64,000 nt of DNA from Squalus acanthias (Eukaryota), in NCBI GenBank assembly GCA_030390025.1, contig CM059432.1, forward strand, positions 17,672,001-17,736,000, in the 5' to 3' direction. Shown piece after piece: positions 50,501 through 59,500 of this stretch; positions within the stretch are counted from its first letter, which is position 1; each line of letters starts with the position of its first letter. The translations under genes were made by a program, and so were the position numbers. Below the pieces are notes generated by a model. That model was not told the DNA's origin, searched no databases, and saw only the letters and a list, made by a program, of their open reading frames with translations.

Positions 50501-53500
50501 GAGACCAGTGCTTTGATTTTTGCTGCCACCCGGGGGGAAGCACCTGATCTCGCTTTTTGCCACCTCCCGCTAACTGCACGAGATACATCATGTATATGTC
50601 GTGTGGGAGTTACTAGAATATAAGAGCAGGTGAATTCTCCCCGGTGTCCTGGCCAATATTTATCCCTCAAGCAACATCGCTAAAAAACAGATTATTGGGC
50701 CATTTATCTCATTGCTGTTTGTGGGAGCTTGCTGTGCACCAATTGTCTACCGTGTTTCCTACATTGCAACAGTGACTACACTTCAAAAGTACTTCATTAG
50801 CTGTAAAGCGATTTGTGACGTCCTGAGGTCGTGAAAGGCGCTATAGAAAAGTTCTTTCTTCCTATAACTGTGCTCTGCCACTCTATGGCACAATGGCCCG
50901 TATTTTACGATCCCCACGGGTGTGTACGAGCTGTGTACACACCCGTAGGGACCTCGCAAGTGCCGGTTTCAGGCATGCGAAGCGCATGCGCTGAAAACCG
51001 GCATTTCTGATCTGTCAAGAATTCTTTTGACAGATCGGACGCCTGCCCTGGAGAAGGGCCTCTGCGGGCGGATAGTTCCGCTTTCTGCAGAACCTCCGCC
51101 CGCTGAAAACCCTTAGAATTCTTACGCCTGGTAAAGGCAGGCGTAAGGCCTGCTTTTACCAGCATAAGAGTTTAAAAAAGTAACCATTGACCAGATAAGT
51201 GGCAGGTAACATTCGCGCCACACAAGTGCCAGGCAATGACCTGCTCCTATTTTTCTATGTTTCTATATGGTATTGAGATAGAGGATCAGCCATGATCATA
51301 TTGAATGGCGGAGCAGGCTCGAAGGGCCGAATGGCCTACTCCTGTTCCTATTTTTCTATGTTTCTACTATCTCCAACAAGCGAGCATCTAACCACCACCC
51401 CTTGACATTCAACGGCATTACCATCGCCAAATCCCCTACCATCAATATCCTGGGGGTCACCATTGACCAGAAACTTATCTGGACCAGCCACATAAATACT
51501 GTGGCAACAAGAGCAAGTCAGAGGCTGGGTATTCTGTGGCGAGTGTTTCACCTCCTGACTCCCCAAAGCCTTTCCACCATCTACAAGTCACAAGTAAGGA
51601 GTGTGATGGAATACTCTCCACTTGCCTGGATGAGTGCAGCTCCAACAACACTTAAGAAGCTAGACACCATACAGGACAAAGCAGCCCGCTTGATTGGCAC
51701 CCCATCCACCACCTTAAACATTCATTCCCTCCACCATCGGCGTACCGTGGCTGCAGTGTGTACCATCTACAAGATGCATTGCAGCAACTCGCCAAGGCTT
51801 CTTCGGCAGCACCTCCCAAACCCGTGACCTCTTCCACCTAGAAAGACAAGGGCAGCAGGCGCATGGGAGCACCACCACCTCCAAGGTCCCCTCCAAGTCA
51901 CACACCATCCTGACTTAGAAGTATATCGCCAATCCTTCATCGTCACTGGGTCAAAATCTTGGAACTCCCTCCCTAACAGCACTGTGGGAGTACCTTCACC
52001 ACAGGGACTGCAGCGGTTCAAGAAGGCGGCTCACCACCACCTTCTCAAGGGCAATTAGGGGTGGGCAATAAATGCTGGATGACTTACAGTGTATAAGTCT
52101 TTTACACAGCATTGTCAAACCTATTTAATAGAGCAAGGGGCTTCTGTGTAGTGTTACTGCAATCTCAATTCTTATCCCATCCTGTACTCTGGGATAGCTT
52201 GCACAATGATCTGGTCCTTTTTGCTTATCTACTCACATTTATGACCTGATGGATTCAGATTGCATTGTATTTATACAGTTTTGTTTACCTCAAGCAGCCT
52301 CAAGCTTTAGGAATCTTAAGGATGTCTTCCAAAATTTTTTTCCATTATCAAAGTATCACATTGTGCTTAAGGAACTCGTTAACAGATAACCACTGCAATG
52401 TTTTTACAATGCAAGACAGCGGTGGGCCTCTTTCTTAGATTGCCAAGCTAGTGGAGAGGATAACGCGTACACTAGGGTAGTAGCTATATCAATACTTGAC
52501 TATCCTATCCTAAGGTCTCTGGGACTTACACTGTACCACAGCACCACCTGCAGGCAGAGATCACCCATATGCATTTGACCTCCATATAAACTTCTCATCC
52601 AGACAGCTCAGACATTTGTGTATATATACACACACATGTTAATAATTCAGTAAGACATCTGAAGAGATACAGCTTTCGGCTGGGTCACAATGAAAGCGGG
52701 CTGTCAGTACTGTTAATGGAGATGTCTGGCTGTCGTACTAATGAGTGCCAAATTGTTTCAAATGTGTGTCAGGTCTTTCCAACATGTAGGTCATTCATTT
52801 CTATATATTAATCACCTACACAAAGATCTATGTCAACAGATGCCTTTTGAAGGAAAGAGAGCAATGTAATTGTACAATCTCCTCCTAGCCACTGGCAATG
52901 CCTTTTGCGAAATGGCGGTGTGTGAGAGCGAAGGATTGACTCATCCATTTATTTCACCCCTGGGAAAAGTGCCTTCCAGCTTCTCAGTAAACCTGGAAAG
53001 CCCAGCGGAGATCTTTGGGCAATCATGGGCACGACACCATGTCTAAAATAAAATGTCTAGAAAGCTACATATCGTAAAATATTTCCAGTACATTTTTAGA
53101 AGAGATTTATGTCCCTTTTACGAATAAAATATTTTTTCTCGTTATCCTAGGTCACCTGAGATCAAGACTCCAAACTCTCTCTGTGCCAGCTGCAGGGAAA
53201 GTGCGTGAGAATGGACTGAGGACTTGGCCTCCATTTGGCACATCCCCACAGTAATATGGAAGAGGTTGAAAATTTGCTAGAATGGGGGAATCAAACCCCT
53301 GTCTCATCGCGGACACGGCATCCCTCAAATAATGGCCCAGAATTTGCTGAAAAATTAACGGTGTGTGAACGACACCCGCCGCTAATAATATGCAAATTGG
53401 CCGGCAACTTGTGACGAGGAAGAGATACTTCGTGAATTATGAATCGCCACAACTTGCTGGCTGATTTGCGCCGCTTCACCGTTAGCTTCACAAAAACGGC

Positions 53501-56500
53501 ATCTCGCGGTTAGCCTCCTCGTGAGTTTCATGAAGTTGTTGCTTTTGCCACAGAAACTTAAGTCTAGTAATTAACAGGGTAATTACCCTGTTAATGATGT
53601 GATAATTGTTAATGACTACCAATCAACCTCTCTTGCCCAGAAATTGAACAATTAAAAGCATGGAGTCTCATTCCTTCAGGTAGTGAATTGTTGTTGGAGA
53701 TTTTAAAAATAGCAAATTTTAAAATTTAAATTTTTTTTTCTTACTTTTCCTTTCTGTCTTTTTTTTTTCTCTCTCTCTTAATCCAATCTTTCTTTCCCTC
53801 TCTTTAGTTCTCTTTTCGGTACCAGATTTGACGTTGAATTCACCCACTCTAATTTACCCTGCTTCTCAGTTCTTCCTCTGTTTATTTCTCAATCCTTTAA
53901 TCTGATTGGTTAAGGAGATACACTGTTTGTCCCGTGGTTCAGCAAGGTCCCAGATGCCCTGTTGCCCTCGCCGCGCCATTATCAGCTCGCACTTGCTGCA
54001 ACTTTGTGAGCAAAAACATTCTTGAGCTGATGGGTGCAGGAACAAGCCGAGCACATTGTGAGATGCCCCGCTCCAGCAAATGCTGGGCCAATATTTTAGA
54101 CACACTAACGTTTCAGTCGGGGAACCAGTCAAAGCAGAAGGTAGCTCCCTAGTGACATGTAACTCAGCTAACTGTGAACCAGTTAGTTTGTTTCAAGTCC
54201 CAAGAGGCAAGCACTGCATCCTGCACTTTTAGGCCCTGCATAAATTTCCCTCTTCCACCCTGAAATGGGCTGTTCTCGCACTGTATCCCATGCCTTGACC
54301 ACACTTATGGTCAACCATGGTGTGTCCTTGACCATTGAGTGGCATTCATCATTCCTGGTGGTGTGAAGTGCCTCCTAGTTCACGGGATGTGGGTGTCGCT
54401 GGCAAGGTCAGCATTTATTGCCCATCCCTAATTGCCCTTGAGAAGGTGGTGGTGACCTGCCTTCTCTGAACTGCTGCAGTCCGTGTGGTGCTCCCACAGT
54501 GCTGTTAGGTAGGGAGTTATTATGTTTCATAGTGGTTAGTTACAACTGAGTGGCTTGCTAGGCACTGTGTGGAGTTTGCACATTCTCCCCGTGTCTGCGT
54601 GGGTTTCCTCCGGGTGCTCCGGTTTCCTCCCACATTCCAAAGATGTGCGGGTTAGGTTGATTTGGCTATGATAAATTTACCCTTAGTGTTAGGGGGATTA
54701 AATATGTGGGGTTACGGGGATAGGGTGGGATATGTGTCGGTGCAGGCTCGATGGGCCGAAATGGCCTCTATCTGCACTGTGGGGATTCTGTGATTCTGTG
54801 ATTTCAGAGGGCAGTTAAGAGTCAACCACATTGCTGTGGGTGGGGAGTCACATATAGGCCAGACCAGGTAAGGATGGCAGATTTCCTTCCCTAAAGGACA
54901 TTAGTGAACCAGATGGGTTTTTACGACAATCCAATAGTTGCGTTGTTACCATTACTGATACTAGTAATTATTCCAGATTTATTTAATTGAATTTAAATTC
55001 CCCAGCTGCCATGGTGGGATTTGAACTCATGTCTCTGGATCATTAATCCAGGCCTCTGGATTAATAGCCCAGTGACATTACCACGACGCTACCGTTCCCA
55101 TTGTTAACTCATTGTGAGTAAGCGACTACAGTTAGCAACTTACCAGAGAGAGTGCATCAATACTGGATGCGTGAGTCTCCACCAGAAGCTTTACCAGCCT
55201 GTTGTAACCATTTTGTGCTCCCAGGTGAAGAGGCGTCAGGCCAAGCTTGGTTTTGGCATTGACAAAGGCCTTGTGCCAGAGCAGGATATCGGAGATCTGA
55301 TCATGCCCATTCTCTGCTGCCAAGTGAAGCCCAGCTTTACCATGCTATAGAAAAAAAACAAAAAAAGAAGCACAAGTCTTTACAGCAGTATTACAGGACC
55401 GTGTATTTTAAATGCTTGGCATCGTACAACACCACTCATTTAACTTTGGAGGAGCTGTTCAATAAACAGTCAACCAAATATTTGGATATTGCTCGCTGAA
55501 TGTTGGATGTGCAGTTTTGGCAGCAGGCTAGATTTTGTGGCACTGCGAGGTAGCATCAGTGCTAAAATATATAAATTGCAATATTGGTATAAGTTACATG
55601 ATAGACATCATGGTGGTATTTTGAAGAATGAATACAGTATTCAGCACTGGAAGAGCCAACTACTCACCATGCCCTGATCCCTTTGGTGGACTAACATATC
55701 TTTTACTTCTAATTTTAACAGTTAAATGCTTGTACTTTAAAATGGACATCGCGGTTACCTCGTCAAATACATCCACTCTAGCATGGTTTAACAGCAGTAT
55801 CTTCACCATCTCTGTGTGCCCCCTCTCTGCAGCCAGAAGCAATGGGGAACAACCATTCTGAAATATAATGGGAAATGCAGGGAACGTTTAACTGACTTTG
55901 TCATAGAGGCACAAAAGCGCAAACTAATTATTAGATGTGAACATTTAAACTTGTAATGTGCCGAACTCTGAGTCTGAAGTTCAGAGGAGGGGCAGCAGTG
56001 CAGGAGCACTACAACTTGAACACTGGATACATGCATGCAGACTTCCACTCGCCCAAGCCTCCAAGATCAAGACCAAACACTTCTGTGCACTGGATAAATA
56101 CCATTTCAGATATTAAGCTAGTAACCCATTAGCACACTGGCAGCGATTAGATGCAAAGCAATTCCTCTTCCCTGCCCAACCTGCAAACTCAGAATCAGAC
56201 CGACCACTCCAACGAAATCCACTGAATGCAAAGCATGAAATAAAAAACAGAAAATATTGTAACTATACTTGATGCAGATGGACCTGCTGTGTATTTCCAG
56301 CATTGGTGCTTTTTGCACCATCACACCAGCAAGAAAGAAAGAACCTCATTTATATAGCACCCTTCATGACCTCAGGACATCCCAATTTACACACAGCTGA
56401 TATGTATATTGTTAAATGAGCACTAGATGGCGCCCTGATGGGAGTAAGCACATCGCGGCAATTTTACTCCAACGTCTTCTCTTATACTATGTTTTTTTGA

Positions 56501-59500
56501 TGGTCTATTTTAGAGGGTCTGGAAATAAAAGCAGCTGGTTAGGACCACACCAATTTGAATATTTATTCAAATATAACAACAGCAAGGTCCCACAGACAGC
56601 AATGAGATAAATTACCAGATAATCTGTTTGAATGATATTGGTCGAGGGATGAGTGTTCTTATCATCACCTGAGAGGTAGACAGGGTCTCAGTTTAACATT
56701 TCATCTGAAAGATGGTATCTCTGACAGTGCAGCACTCCCTCAGTACTGCACTGAAGTATTAACCAAGATTATGTGCTTAAGTCTCTAGAGTGGAGCATGA
56801 ACCTAAAACTTTCTAACTAAGAGGCAAGAGTGCTACCAAGTGGATATTTAACAAGTAGACATAATGTAGGCGTTCTCCCACCAACAACTTGCATTGATAT
56901 AGCACCTTTAACGTAGTAAAATGTCCCGAGGTGCTTCATAGGAGCGCAATCAGACAAAAACATTGACACCGAGTCAAAGGTCAGATGACCAAAAGCTTGG
57001 TCAAAGAGGTGGGTTTTAAGGAGGAGAGTGAGCTAGAGAGGCAGAGAGGTTTAGGGAGGGAATTCCAGAACTCCAGAACTTAGGGGCCTAGACAGCTGAA
57101 TGCACGACCGCCAATGGTGGGGCGAAAGAAGTCGGGGATGCACAAGAGGCCGGAGGAATGCAGAGATCTCAGAGGGTTGTAGGGCAGGAGGAGGTTTCAG
57201 AGATAGGGAGGAGGCGAGGCCCTGGAGTGATTTGAACACAAGGATGTTTCCTAAGTCATGCTGTAGGCTGACGTGATCGTTTCACTTTCAGTAGACTTGT
57301 GAATGGAGCTGAACACTCATTAGCAAACAGCCCCATTCCTGACGTTATGATGCAGGGAAGGACATTGATGAAGCAGCTGAAGATGGTTGGATCAAGGACA
57401 CTTCCCTGAGGAACTCCTGCAGTGATGTCCTGGGGCGACAATGATTGGTCTCTAACAACCGCAGCAAATTTCCTTTGTATCAGGTATAAAAACCCACTGG
57501 TGGGTTTTCCCTTGGACCCCCATTGACCTCAGTTTTGCTAGTGTGGTTGGTGCCATTCTTAGTTGAATGCTGCCTTGATGTCGAGGGCTGCTACCCTTAC
57601 CCCTCCTCTGGCATTCGGCTCTTGCATCCATGTCTGGATCAAGGCTGCGAATGAGGACTGGAGCCGAGTGGTTGTGGAAGAATCCAAACTGAGCGATGGG
57701 GAGCAGCTTTCTGGTGAGTAGGTGTCACATACTGATGACTTTTATCACCACTTTTACTGATGATTGGGAGAAGGCTGATAGGGCAGTAATTGGTTGGGTT
57801 AGATTTATCCTGTTTTTTTGCGAACAGGACATACCTGGGCCATTTTGCACATTATTAGGTAGATGCCTGTTTCATGGCTGCACTGAAACAGCTTGGCCAG
57901 GAGCATCTGGCACTCAGGTCTTCAGCAATACAGCCAGGACACTGTCAGGGCCCAGAGCCTTTGCTGTGTCGAACGCAATGGTCTATTTATAAATAATTTG
58001 CAATGAGGACTCATCCCTAACATCTAAGAAGACCTAAATATATCTAGAAATGTTTAATAAAATGGTGGGAATGTACCTTGGACTGTTTATTGATGGCCTG
58101 TTGCAATCTATTTGAGCCGATGTACTTCAAAATCTCAAGAAGAACGTCAGAATTTCCCACATGTGCGCAGTAATGCAATGGAGTCTCGAGTGTCTGGAAA
58201 ACCAATAACAATCATATTTCAGTAAACTTCCGAAGAAAAATTTTCAAGTTAAACCCCAGAGGCAAAGTTTTGCATTTTAATTATCTCCCTATGATGGTTT
58301 GGGCATAATAGTGCCATGATAGGGAAGTTAATCTACCAGAGCGATGTGCTTGGCTAGGTTGGTTGGCCTTCTCTCCCCCATATGTTCTGCTTTCATGTTT
58401 TTCCCTCTCTCTTCTCTATTATGTTTTTTAATTTTTATTTTTATCGATTGTAACAATTTATTTTGCCTACTCCAGTTACTTTTTTCGTTTTAAAGATTGA
58501 AACCCTTTATTAGGCTGTTTTCACTAGATCCTGCCCTGCATTTTGGAAGTTGGAGCAACTTGGCATTTGACTATCCACAAACATAGAAACATAGAAACAT
58601 AGAATCTAGGAGCAGGAGTAGGCCATTCGGCCCGTCGAGCCTGCTCCACCATTCAATACGATCATGGCTGATCATCCAAATCCAGTACCCTGTCCCTGCT
58701 TTAATCCCCACAGTACACATATCCCACCCGACCCCCGTAACCCCACGTATTTAATTCCCCCTAACATATCCCATCCTATCCCCATAACCCCACATATTTA
58801 ATCCCCCCCTAACACTAAGGGTCAATTTATCATAGCCAAATCAACCTAACCCGCACATTTTTGGACCAGCTCCAGGAACCAAATACCTAAAAATATAAAT
58901 ACGGACTTGAGGAATCATGAATTGATTAGACAGCGATGGTGCCTTTTTTTCTTAAGGAGTTATAAAAAATATGGCAGGGTTGCACTTGCCTCTTTTGGGT
59001 TTTTTTGCAGGATATTTCAGTTTCTGATAAAACCTGGTCCAAAAGCTCTACTCCATCCTGCTGTATACACTGGCAGGGACAGTTTGAGCTACAGTACATT
59101 TTACTTTCAATGTATCGCAGACTTCTATTAAATTGAAAATCAGAATAATAAGAGGTTGAAATGAGAAGAGGCCACTCGGCCCATCAACCCATTCCTTCCA
59201 CTGTACATACCACCTCAATCATGGCTCCACCCTCTTATCTGAGCTCTATATACGTTTCCTAACTCCCACGTGAATCAAAAAGACCGATTAATATCTTTAT
59301 AATGCTCAATCCATCAAATAGTAAATTTGACACGTCTGATTCCCTCGGTGATGTGTTGCTCTTCGCATCTGTTTCCCGAGTTCATGTTCCCTCCTTCATC
59401 TATGCAGATAATAAAAGGTCTCACAAGATATCTCGCTGTGACTATACTGCTGTCCTTAAGCTGCACATTTGACTCCTTGCACACCAGGTAGCTTCCCAGC

